Shown: positions 1-7,653, counted from the stretch's first letter. The stretch: 16,212 bases of DNA from Candidatus Woesearchaeota archaeon (GCA_964372555.1 CAYJQZ010000009.1:1-16212); one strand, 5' to 3'. Notes: generated by a model from the sequence alone, not told the origin. Translations and numbers: made by a program.

Positions 1-347
1 ATTTGCGGTGTTGATTGTGAAAAAAACCCCTTGGAGACAAGAAGATTTTGAGCAAGTGTTGTTATTTTTGGTTCATCCCTAAGAAATATGTTGACTGAAG
101 AAATTCTATGAACTGTTGCAAACTCTGTTGTTGGTGTAACCAAACCAGGAGATTCTGCAAGTAGTTCAATTTTTGCTGGTGATGTTGATGTACCTGATTC
201 TCTTACACCAGTAATATTTTGAGTTAGTAATTGTTCTCTGTCTTCTGGTGGTATAAATAAAATATATAATGTCATGAACAAAGCGATTACAATAAGAATT
301 ACTGCTATTGAACTACCTTCTTTTTGTGCTCTTTTGGACTTATACAT
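1..347 (-). CDS. Pilin-like / N-terminally anchored protein, 5' part only (runs off the left edge)
   Basis: Not in the ORF track because there is no stop in the window. ATG at 347-345. My translation is MYKSKRAQKEGSSIAVILIVIALFMTLYILFIPPEDREQLLTQNITGVRESGTSTSPAKIELL... It has a short basic N-terminus ending in KEG, then a ~22-residue hydrophobic helix. A TATA-like box lies 23 nt upstream. The gene is divergent from the prepilin peptidase gene. Confidence 0.5.
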   Translation of the reverse strand, partial: MYKSKRAQKEGSSIAVILIVIALFMTLYILFIPPEDREQLLTQNITGVRESGTSTSPAKIELLAESPGLVTPTTEFATVHRISSVNIFLRDEPKITTLAQNLLVSKGFFSQSTPQ

Positions 348-370
348 CAGGTTTTAAATAGCGCCTTGAA

Positions 371-378
371 TATTTAAA
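371..378 (-). promoter_or_regulatory. Archaeal TATA box (TTTAAATA on the minus strand) for the 347-1 gene; leaderless geometry
   Basis: Plus-strand tatttaaa equals minus-strand TTTAAATA. There are 23 nt between the box and the ATG at 347, which fits a TSS at or next to the start codon. Confidence 0.4.
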
Positions 379-442
379 GGTTTTGTAGATTTTGATTATG
401 AATTTTTGAATAAATAGCTTAGAAAATTCAGTTCAGAGAAAA

Positions 443-450
443 TTTATATA
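443..450 (+). promoter_or_regulatory. Archaeal TATA box (TTTATATA) for the prepilin peptidase gene; leaderless geometry
   Basis: TTTATATA at 443-450 is preceded by a purine-rich BRE-like stretch, agagaaaa. The ATG at 472 lies 21 nt downstream of the box end. Confidence 0.45.
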
Positions 451-471
451 TTAAGATAATAGCTCTATCTT

Positions 472-1335
472 ATGCTATTTTGGTACTTTTTGGTTATTGT
501 GGCTTTGATATGGCTTTTGTTTGCTACTATAACTGATATTAAGAAAAAAGAGGTTCCTGATTGGCTCAACTATAGCTTGGTTATTATTGGTTTAGGAAGC
601 AGGCTGATTTATTCTCTTATAACCTGGGATTTTAGCTATATTTTATTTGGTTTACTTGGTTTTGTTGTATTCTTTGTTTTTGCGCATTTAATGTATTACA
701 CAAAACAATGGGGTGGCGGTGATAGTAAGCTATTAATGGGTTTAGGCGCAATGTTTGGAAATTATGAACCTATTTTCAATGGAATAAATTTGCTTCCCTT
801 TTTAGTTACACTCTTGATAAATATATTTGTAGCTGGAACTTTGTATGGAATTTTATACTCTTTGTTTTTAGGTGTTAGAAATTGGAATAAATTTGCAACT
901 GAATTCAGAAAGAGGAATTTTATGGAGGTAAAAATAATAGGTTTGCTTATTTTTGTTTTAATTATTGTTATTTATTTTGTTTTTAGTAAAGACTTGTCTT
1001 ATTTAATAATTTTATTATTGCTACTCTTATTTTTAGCTTTTGTTTTATTACAGCTAATAAAAATAGTTGAAGATTCTTCCTTGTATAAACTAATTAATAT
1101 AAATCAATTAACTGAAGGAGACTGGTTAGTTAATGATATTGCAAAGAATGGAAAAATAATATGCAAGGTAAGAAATATAGGTTTGACTAAAAAAGATATA
1201 GTTGCTTTAAAGAAAGCTCAAATCAAAAAAGTTTTGGTGAAAGAAGGAATACCTTTTGTTCCTGGATTTTTAATTGGGTTTTTAATAAGTATAATGTGGG
1301 GTGATGTTTTGGCTATTATGGTTGCTTTTTTTTAG
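472..1335 (+). CDS. Archaeal type IV prepilin/preflagellin peptidase (A24 family, FlaK/PibD/EppA-like)
   Basis: Polytopic membrane protein. First catalytic Asp context is TITDIKKKEVPDW. Second is the GxGD motif WGGGDSKLLMGLG. The terminal helix IPFVPGFLIGF is typical of A24 peptidases. A soluble insert (EGDWLVNDIAKNGKIICKV...) sits before the last TM, as in FlaK. Confidence 0.85.
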   Translation: MLFWYFLVIVALIWLLFATITDIKKKEVPDWLNYSLVIIGLGSRLIYSLITWDFSYILFGLLGFVVFFVFAHLMYYTKQWGGGDSKLLMGLGAMFGNYEPIFNGINLLPFLVTLLINIFVAGTLYGILYSLFLGVRNWNKFATEFRKRNFMEVKIIGLLIFVLIIVIYFVFSKDLSYLIILLLLLLFLAFVLLQLIKIVEDSSLYKLININQLTEGDWLVNDIAKNGKIICKVRNIGLTKKDIVALKKAQIKKVLVKEGIPFVPGFLIGFLISIMWGDVLAIMVAFF

Positions 1336-1915
1336 TTTTGTAGAATTCTCTTTTTAATCTATCTTCATCAATTGGTTCTGATTTTGGTTTTTCTTGAGGG
1401 AAATTTTCTATTATCTTTTCTCTTGTTTTGTTTAGCTCTTCTTCTTTTACTTGTTTTCCTTGCCACACTATATTAACAGTGTCATCTTTTGTTCTAGGTA
1501 TTATATTTATTACTAAGTGGTCGAATTTTTGACCTGCTGATTTTCCCTCAGAACCAATTATGTTTACGCCTTCTGAGGTACTTGATAGTGCTATTGTTAT
1601 TTTTTTAATTATTTTACCAATATCTTCTGTTTCCTGTTCATTTAATTGTTGTACGCTCTTTATGTGTCTCTTTGTAAACAACAATGTGTGGCCTTTGTTT
1701 GCTGGATTTATTTCTAATGCCGCCAAGAAATTTGCATCTTCATAGATTTTTGTGATTTTTATTTTACCTTCAGACATTAAGCAGAAAGGGCATTGTGGTT
1801 GTTCTTCTTCAAATTGAGATATGATTTCTTTGGCTTTTGATTCTCTTTCTTCTTCTGGAAGAGATTGTAAGTATTCTTGTATTTGTTCTAGTTGTTCTTT
1901 TGTTAGTTTTGGCAT
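1316..1915 (-). CDS. HIT-superfamily-like protein with a degenerate histidine triad
   Basis: CPFC zinc motif, NKGHTLLFTKRHI, and GQKFDHLVINIIPR, which aligns to the canonical GQxVxHxHxHxIPR. Only the first His is retained. Extra helical N- and C-terminal extensions. The 3' end overlaps the convergent peptidase gene by 20 nt. Confidence 0.65.
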   Translation of the reverse strand: MPKLTKEQLEQIQEYLQSLPEEERESKAKEIISQFEEEQPQCPFCLMSEGKIKITKIYEDANFLAALEINPANKGHTLLFTKRHIKSVQQLNEQETEDIGKIIKKITIALSSTSEGVNIIGSEGKSAGQKFDHLVINIIPRTKDDTVNIVWQGKQVKEEELNKTREKIIENFPQEKPKSEPIDEDRLKREFYKTKKKQP

Positions 1916-1946
1916 TGTTTAACTTTTATGATATATATTAATAAAA

Positions 1947-2774
1947 CTATTGCTTTAGCCTAACCTTCAATGCATTAATCCATTTATGTGGTTCTTTTTT
2001 AGTTAATATTCCTTCAAGATTAAATACGACTAAATTTTTAATACCCCACTTCAAAAATTTATCAAGATCTTTTTCAAAATCTCTTATATTATTATATATT
2101 GGTTCTGTAGTAAAAATCCCGCTGCCAACACAACCCACTGCAAAATATAATTTATCTGAATGATACTTTTTTAATTTCGCTTTTACGTATAGATAATAAT
2201 AAAACATAATTAATTTCCTTAATATCCTGCTTTGGAAGAAAGTTATGTAAAGAAAATGGTTTCTATAAAAATTATCAGTAAATTTTTTATAATTATCACC
2301 ATATGAACTACTTATGAAATTGGGAAATGGAAATCCACTAATAATTATTTTTTTACTTTTGAGAGAATTTATTGTCTTCCATAAATGTTTCCTAGTATCT
2401 CTTTTGTGTCTAAAGGTTTCAAATATGGCATCTTTTACTAATAAATATAATGAAAACTTCTTAAATAATTTGCTTGTATAAGGTATTGGCGGTTCTATGT
2501 CTATCTTCATATCAATCCCATTGAATGTCTTTAATTTGTTAATGTATTCAATTTTAGTAAATTTGGAAAACCAATAACCTTCTTTGAGTGGGAGTGTCGG
2601 CCATGCACCCCAATGTATATATCTATTATCTAATTTCTTCTTCCAAAAGTTATATTCTTTTATATCTTTAGAAGTTACGTACGCTTCTGTTTTAAAATCT
2701 ATTAATTTAATTTTATTTTTGGCTATAACTTTTGGAAATTCGCACCAGAATATTATTTGATCGAATTTTTGCAT
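1947..2774 (-). CDS. Hypothetical protein (275 aa), no motif recognised
   Basis: Long ORF that fills the gap between neighbours and has no competing frame. Lys/Phe/Tyr-rich and cytoplasmic-looking. I could not identify a conserved catalytic motif. Confidence 0.5.
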   Translation of the reverse strand: MQKFDQIIFWCEFPKVIAKNKIKLIDFKTEAYVTSKDIKEYNFWKKKLDNRYIHWGAWPTLPLKEGYWFSKFTKIEYINKLKTFNGIDMKIDIEPPIPYTSKLFKKFSLYLLVKDAIFETFRHKRDTRKHLWKTINSLKSKKIIISGFPFPNFISSSYGDNYKKFTDNFYRNHFLYITFFQSRILRKLIMFYYYLYVKAKLKKYHSDKLYFAVGCVGSGIFTTEPIYNNIRDFEKDLDKFLKWGIKNLVVFNLEGILTKKEPHKWINALKVRLKQ

Positions 2775-2804
2775 AGAATAAAATAAATATGGTGGTTTAA
2801 TAAT

Positions 2805-3080
2805 TTATCCAAGAGCCCTTCTCATGTCGATAACTTCTGCTGAGCTTACACCTTCTATAGAACTTATCTGCTCTGCTAGTTCTTCGGAGCCTTTTGATTC
2901 ATCAATAATAAACATCAGTTTAAGTGCTTTTAATCCAAATGCAACTGGCTCTATCTGATCTTTATCTAAAAGTTCTGCTCCGAATTGATTTCCTACTTCT
3001 TTAGCTTTAGTTCTAATTTCATTTAGGTCTATTTCTGGATCATCAGGCATTATTTTTATAGTTAAGAACATTCTTGCCAT
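2805..3080 (-). CDS. ef1b: Translation elongation factor aEF-1 beta
   Basis: MARMFLTIKIMPDDPEIDLNEI...FGLKALKLMFIIDE...IEGVSSAEVIDMRR is the characteristic ~90-aa aEF-1beta pattern. I use the ATG at 3080. The track ORF start at 3131 is a TTG that lies inside the upstream Zn-ribbon gene. Confidence 0.85.
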   Translation of the reverse strand: MARMFLTIKIMPDDPEIDLNEIRTKAKEVGNQFGAELLDKDQIEPVAFGLKALKLMFIIDESKGSEELAEQISSIEGVSSAEVIDMRRALG

Positions 3081-3084
3081 TTTT

Positions 3085-3258
3085 CTAATTTGGTCCACAA
3101 AAAGAACAACTTGGGCATATGTATCTAGCAACTATTTTTCTACAATGAACACATCTAACTATTTCTGACTGACCACATTTAGGACATTTGAATCTAACAG
3201 AGCCAGTCAAGTTTGTTATTTTAACACTGCAGGATGTGCATGCTAATTCTTTTGCCAT
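3085..3258 (-). CDS. Small Zn-ribbon protein (COG2888-type, four CxxC pairs), the conserved archaeal neighbour of aEF-1beta
   Basis: 57 aa and not in the track. My translation is MAKELACTSCSVKITNLTGSVRFKCPKCGQSEIVRCVHCRKIVARYICPSCSFCGPN. It stops 4 nt before the aEF-1beta ATG. Confidence 0.7.
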   Translation of the reverse strand: MAKELACTSCSVKITNLTGSVRFKCPKCGQSEIVRCVHCRKIVARYICPSCSFCGPN

Positions 3259-3280
3259 TGACGTGGAAACTTTACAAATG

Positions 3281-3288
3281 TTTATAAA
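3281..3288 (-). promoter_or_regulatory. TATA box (palindromic TTTATAAA) for the Zn-ribbon/aEF-1beta operon
   Basis: 22 nt separate the box from the ATG at 3258, which is leaderless spacing. It lies in the 80-nt divergent intergenic region shared with the + strand glycosyltransferase gene. Confidence 0.4.
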
Positions 3289-3338
3289 GTTAACGAATAT
3301 AGAAAGTTTAAAGGAGGAAAAATAATTATTTCTAAATA

Positions 3339-4388
3339 ATGGCTAGAATATTATTTGGTGTTGTGAGCATTGGCTTTGGTCATGTTATAAGGAGCAAAGT
3401 TATAATTGAACATCTTATAGCCAATAAACATGAAGTGTTTATAGTTACAAGTCATAGGGCGTATGACTATATCCGGAAGCATTTTGATAATGTTTACAAT
3501 ATTGAAGGACTGGAAATTATGTTCAGACAAAATTCTATTTTAAACTTAAGGACAATATTAAAGAATTTGGAAAAGGCTTCTAGAAAAACTTATGATAAGT
3601 TAGTCAAAGTAAGGAAAATAATAGATAAATTTGATCCTCAAATTGCTATTACTGATATGGAGACTTTTACTTGTTTTGTTTCTAGAGATAAAAATATTCC
3701 ATTAATTAGTATAGATAATCAGCATTATCTGTTATACGGCAGGTATGGATTTCCTGAAAAATATAGGCTAAGCCATCTTAAGGCTTTGATGATAGTTAAG
3801 GGTTTGGTTTTTAGTGCTAAACACTACTTAATTATGGGTTTGCCTGGACAGAACGTGGAAAATAAAAACCATGTCTTTCAGATAAACTCAATATTAAGGG
3901 ATGAAGTTCTTAATGCAAAACCTAAAAGTAATGACTATGTTTTTGTTTACCAATCAACAAAGAGTTATGATAAATTGATAGAAATACTAAAAAGAATAAA
4001 TTATAAATTTATAGTCTATGGGTTTGATAACGATAAAAAAGTTGGTAACCTTGTTTTTAAAAAGTTCAATGATGGAAAAGAATTTATGAATGATTTAATT
4101 AACTGTAAGGCTGTTGTTACAAATGGGGGTTTTACTTTAATTAGTGAGGCTATATATTTAGAGAAACCTTTGTTGGTTGTTCCTATAAAAAAGCATTTTG
4201 AACAAGTTCTTAATGCATTGTATGTTCAGGAAAACAAATTTGGAGAGTTTTATAGCGATTTAAATGAAAATCATGCAGTTGAGTTTATAATAAATTTGAA
4301 AAAGTATAAATTCGACAAAATAAAGAAATGGAATAATGAGAAAGCATTTATGTTACTAGATATGTTAATAAGAAAGGAAACAAAATGA
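3339..4388 (+). CDS. GT-B fold glycosyltransferase (MurG/GT28-C / MJ1255-like)
   Basis: N-terminal G-rich loop ILFGVVSIGFGHVIRS. C-terminal nucleotide-sugar binding signature VVTNGGFTLISEAIYLEKPLLVVPIKKHFEQVLNA. The stop overlaps the carS start (ATGA). Confidence 0.7.
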   Translation: MARILFGVVSIGFGHVIRSKVIIEHLIANKHEVFIVTSHRAYDYIRKHFDNVYNIEGLEIMFRQNSILNLRTILKNLEKASRKTYDKLVKVRKIIDKFDPQIAITDMETFTCFVSRDKNIPLISIDNQHYLLYGRYGFPEKYRLSHLKALMIVKGLVFSAKHYLIMGLPGQNVENKNHVFQINSILRDEVLNAKPKSNDYVFVYQSTKSYDKLIEILKRINYKFIVYGFDNDKKVGNLVFKKFNDGKEFMNDLINCKAVVTNGGFTLISEAIYLEKPLLVVPIKKHFEQVLNALYVQENKFGEFYSDLNENHAVEFIINLKKYKFDKIKKWNNEKAFMLLDMLIRKETK

Positions 4389-4930
4389 GCCTTGTTTTTA
4401 TAATTCATATTTTGTATTTGTTAATACCTGGTGCATTTGCAAATATGGCTCCTGTTTTATTTAAGAAATTTAATTTTCTTAATTATCCTGTTGATTTTGG
4501 TTTGAAATTTGGAAAAAATAGACTATTTGGAACTAATAAAACATTTAGAGGTTTTTTCTTTGGAATTCTAGGAAGTATTATTTTTGTGTTTATACAGAGA
4601 ATTTTATTTAATTATGAACTATTTAGAAATATTAGTTTAATAGATTACAGTAAAATTAATTTAATTTTATTTGGGTTCTTAATTGGGTTTAGTGTTTTAT
4701 TTGGAGATTTAATTGGAAGTTTTATAAAAAGAAGGTTAAATGTTGGGCCTGGTAAAAGCTTATTTATTGTTGATCAAGTTAATGGTGGAGTTGGGTTTGC
4801 TTTGTTTGTAATTCCATTTTATTTTAAATCTTGGAGCTTGGCTTTATGGATCTTAATTATTTGGACAATTGGACATTTGATAATAAAATATTTTGGTTAT
4901 TTATTGAAAATAGATAAAGAAAAAATATAA
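4385..4930 (+). CDS. carS: CDP-archaeol synthase (CDP-2,3-bis-O-geranylgeranyl-sn-glycerol synthase, DUF46 family)
   Basis: Five-TM protein with PGAFANMAPVLF, NKTFRGFFFG, GDLIGSFIKRR and VDQ motifs, which are characteristic of CarS. Confidence 0.8.
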   Translation: MSLVFIIHILYLLIPGAFANMAPVLFKKFNFLNYPVDFGLKFGKNRLFGTNKTFRGFFFGILGSIIFVFIQRILFNYELFRNISLIDYSKINLILFGFLIGFSVLFGDLIGSFIKRRLNVGPGKSLFIVDQVNGGVGFALFVIPFYFKSWSLALWILIIWTIGHLIIKYFGYLLKIDKEKI

Positions 4931-4949
4931 AAAGAAAAATAGAGGATTT

Positions 4950-5975
4950 TTATACATCCTTAACGCCACTTTCTTCTATGTTAAAAACTATCTCTCCGTC
5001 AGCTAAGTGCGGACTATCAATAAGTTTTGCAACTCTCGTTCCTTTCTTTCCTTTTCTAAGATAAATTCTAGTTTGACTGTTGTGTCCCACTATATGCCCT
5101 CCAATGGCTGCAGTCGGATCTCCAAAGAAAGTGTCTGGTTTTGACATAACTTGATTTGTTACATAGACTACTAAGTTGTAAGCTGTAGCCATTTTACTTA
5201 GTACGTGCATATGTTTATTCAATTTTTGTTGTCTGTCCGCTAACATTCCCCTTCCCGTAAAATCTGCTCTAAAATGTGACATCAATGAATCCACAATTAC
5301 TAATTTCACATTTAGTCCTTCATTTTTTATTAGATCTTCAACTTTCTCTGCAAGAAGCATTTGATGATCACTGTTGAAAGCCCTAGCAACTTTAATATTT
5401 TTTAGAGTTTGTGTTGAATCAAGTCCTAATGATTCTGCCATTTGCTTAACTCTTTCTGGTCTAAATGCACCTTCAGTGTCTATGTAAACACATATTCCCT
5501 CAGCTCCGCCTTTCTCTTTAGACAACTGAACATTTACTGCAAGCTGATGTGCAATTTGTGTCTTCGATGAACCAAATTCCCCAAAACATTCTGTAATTCC
5601 ACCAGCTTCAAATCCTCCACCAAGTAAACCATCAAAGGCCTTACAACCTGTAGTAAGTTTTAATAGATTCTTTCTTCTTTCTAGTAATTCATCACCAGAT
5701 TCAAAACCCATATTCATTGTATCTCTTGCTGCTTTGATAACTTTTCTTGCTGTAGCTTCTGTTAATCCACCAGCTTCAACTAATTCTCCTGGAGATGCAA
5801 CTGCCAAAGACAATAAAGTATCAAATCCTGATTCTTTTAATTTTTCAGCTGTTGCTGGTCCTACTCCTGGCAAATCTTCAACAGAATCAATTTTAACTTT
5901 CTTAGTAATCTTTTCTTCAGGCATAACCTCTTGTATCTGTTCTGTTATTTCAATCTTTCTACTCATTTTCCTCAT
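4950..5975 (-). CDS. radA: DNA repair and recombination protein RadA
   Basis: N-terminal HhH (LPGVGPATAEKLKESGFDTL), Walker A region GEFGSSKTQ, Walker B LVIVDSLMSHFR, and the LNKHMHVLSKMA and GGHIVGHNSQTRIYLRKG blocks. An alternative start is the ATG at 5966, which has GGAGG 9 nt upstream. Confidence 0.93.
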   Translation of the reverse strand: MRKMSRKIEITEQIQEVMPEEKITKKVKIDSVEDLPGVGPATAEKLKESGFDTLLSLAVASPGELVEAGGLTEATARKVIKAARDTMNMGFESGDELLERRKNLLKLTTGCKAFDGLLGGGFEAGGITECFGEFGSSKTQIAHQLAVNVQLSKEKGGAEGICVYIDTEGAFRPERVKQMAESLGLDSTQTLKNIKVARAFNSDHQMLLAEKVEDLIKNEGLNVKLVIVDSLMSHFRADFTGRGMLADRQQKLNKHMHVLSKMATAYNLVVYVTNQVMSKPDTFFGDPTAAIGGHIVGHNSQTRIYLRKGKKGTRVAKLIDSPHLADGEIVFNIEESGVKDV

Positions 5976-6228
5976 CCTCCTCTTTTTCTTCCTGTGCTAA
6001 AAGTAAATCTTCCATTACTTTATTCATCAAAACAATTATTCTTGGTATGTCATGCTTTCTTAATTGGATTGTTGCGTCACGCCATACTCCCTGGTCATCT
6101 TTCCAGCTTTTTCTTAGGCTTACTGTTTTGAAACCTACTATTGTATCGTCTTTTATTTGTCTTTCATTAAGCCAGATTGCAGCCTCTAACTGACCTGACC
6201 TAAACTTCTGTATTGGTCTATTTCCCAT
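5959..6228 (-). CDS. Small protein with a poly-acidic C-terminal tail, co-transcribed with radA; possible PC4/YdbC-like ssDNA-binding fold
   Basis: 89 aa. GGAG is present 9-12 nt upstream of the ATG. The body (FKTVSLRKSWKDDQGVWRDATIQLRKHDIPRIIVLMNKV) resembles the beta-sheet-plus-helix PC4/YdbC pattern. The tail is EEKEEDEENE. The 3' end overlaps the radA start by 8-17 nt. Confidence 0.6.
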   Translation of the reverse strand: MGNRPIQKFRSGQLEAAIWLNERQIKDDTIVGFKTVSLRKSWKDDQGVWRDATIQLRKHDIPRIIVLMNKVMEDLLLAQEEKEEDEENE

Positions 6229-6529
6229 ATTATTTCACACTCCATTGCTTTCGCTTTTTGTTTCAAACCTTATAGAAATAACACTAGCTACGGAAACTTA
6301 CTTCTTACCTCGCTTCCTTTGTTAGGTTTTTATTTCAATGAGGTCTAAATATAGTAATAGTAGGTTTAGTATTTAAACCCTGCGCGCATAACTTGTGTCG
6401 TGTCGCGTATTTGTTTACTGAAAAATATATGTTGGAGAATACTAAAGGCCAGAAATAACCTTTTTTAATGTTTTTTGATCTAAATAATTCTACTATTTGT
6501 TTATATAAATTTATATTCTATAGTATATT

Positions 6530-7174
6530 TTATCTTATGACCTCGTAATCTTTGTTTGTTGGTTTTATATATTCTTTTATCCAGTATAACATTACTTTTA
6601 AGTATCCTTTATTATCAAATCTCCTTGTTGAGCTTATTACTGGGGTTTTTAAAAGTAGAAATTCATTTTCCTTGTTTAATTTTTTTACAAAGTTTCCATC
6701 TTCACCCTTTTTTAGATCACTGAAACCTCCCACTTTAGAAAATACTTCTTTTGTGCAGAATACAATGCCATTTGTAAATGGTAGTGGATATAAATTTTTT
6801 ATAGCCATCATAATCCTGTGCTTTAACTTATTGCTGTCTGGTTTAATTTTGCATGTCCCATAGAATTTTTTGTTTAAAGCATTAGATACTTCTTCTAGAA
6901 CTCCAAATGTTATTTTTGTGTCTGCATCTAGAAATATTAATTTATTATACTTTGATAATTTAACGCCTTCATTCTTAGCTGTTGCCGGACCTTTTCTTTC
7001 TTTAAGAATAACAACTTTATCAGCTAATTTCTCAGCCATCTTATCAGTATTATCTGTACAGCCGTCACATACAACAATTATTTCATAATCTTTAAAATTT
7101 TGAGATTTGATAGAGTTTATTGTTGCTTCTAAATAATTTTCTTCATTGCATGCAGGTATTATTATTGATATCAT
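6530..7174 (-). CDS. Family 2 glycosyltransferase (GT-A)
   Basis: ISIIIPACNEENYLE N-terminus, YEIIVVCDGCTDNT, and the DxD motif FLDADT. Confidence 0.85.
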   Translation of the reverse strand: MISIIIPACNEENYLEATINSIKSQNFKDYEIIVVCDGCTDNTDKMAEKLADKVVILKERKGPATAKNEGVKLSKYNKLIFLDADTKITFGVLEEVSNALNKKFYGTCKIKPDSNKLKHRIMMAIKNLYPLPFTNGIVFCTKEVFSKVGGFSDLKKGEDGNFVKKLNKENEFLLLKTPVISSTRRFDNKGYLKVMLYWIKEYIKPTNKDYEVIR

Positions 7175-7209
7175 CTAATAGCATGTATAGATTAAATTTA
7201 AAAACTTAC

Positions 7210-7653
7210 TCATATTATAAGTAAATACAATATACCAAAAACTATACCGAGAACTAAACCAAATAAAACGTCTATGAAATAATGTTTTTTAAGGTGCATT
7301 CTAGAATAGCCTATTAATAAAGAAATTAATATAAAAAACCCCGTGATTATTGGTTTTTTAATTTCATTTGCTAAAACTATTGCTGTATACATAGAACTCA
7401 TTGTATGCAAACTGGGAAATGATGACGCATTTATCTTTGTAAATAGATTTGTATATTCTTCTTTTTTTGGTCTTTCTTTGAAATAAAACAACCTAAGTAT
7501 AAAGACAAAGGTGTAAGCTATTATTAAACCTAAGGCAAGATAAATTCCTAGTTTGAGCTTACCAATTAAAAGCAAGAAAATTACCAGTATTGTATAAAAT
7601 ACTGCTGATCCTAGATTTGTTATTGCTGTAAAAATGTCTTTTGTTATTTTCAT
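7210..7653 (-). CDS. PAP2-family membrane phosphatase
   Basis: Three PAP2 motifs are present: RLFYFKERP (K/RxxxxxxRP), PSLH (the PSGH position) and SRMHLKKHYFIDV (SRxxxxxHxxxD). Confidence 0.8.
   Translation of the reverse strand: MKITKDIFTAITNLGSAVFYTILVIFLLLIGKLKLGIYLALGLIIAYTFVFILRLFYFKERPKKEEYTNLFTKINASSFPSLHTMSSMYTAIVLANEIKKPIITGFFILISLLIGYSRMHLKKHYFIDVLFGLVLGIVFGILYLLII

Noticed and set aside
6229-6529. Possible tRNA or C/D-box sRNA in the long intergenic gap
   Set aside because: I could not fold any cloverleaf. There is no GTTCRANNC T-loop and no acceptor-stem pairing. There is no RUGAUGA C box, only a lone CTGA. The region is kept only as a low-interest finding.
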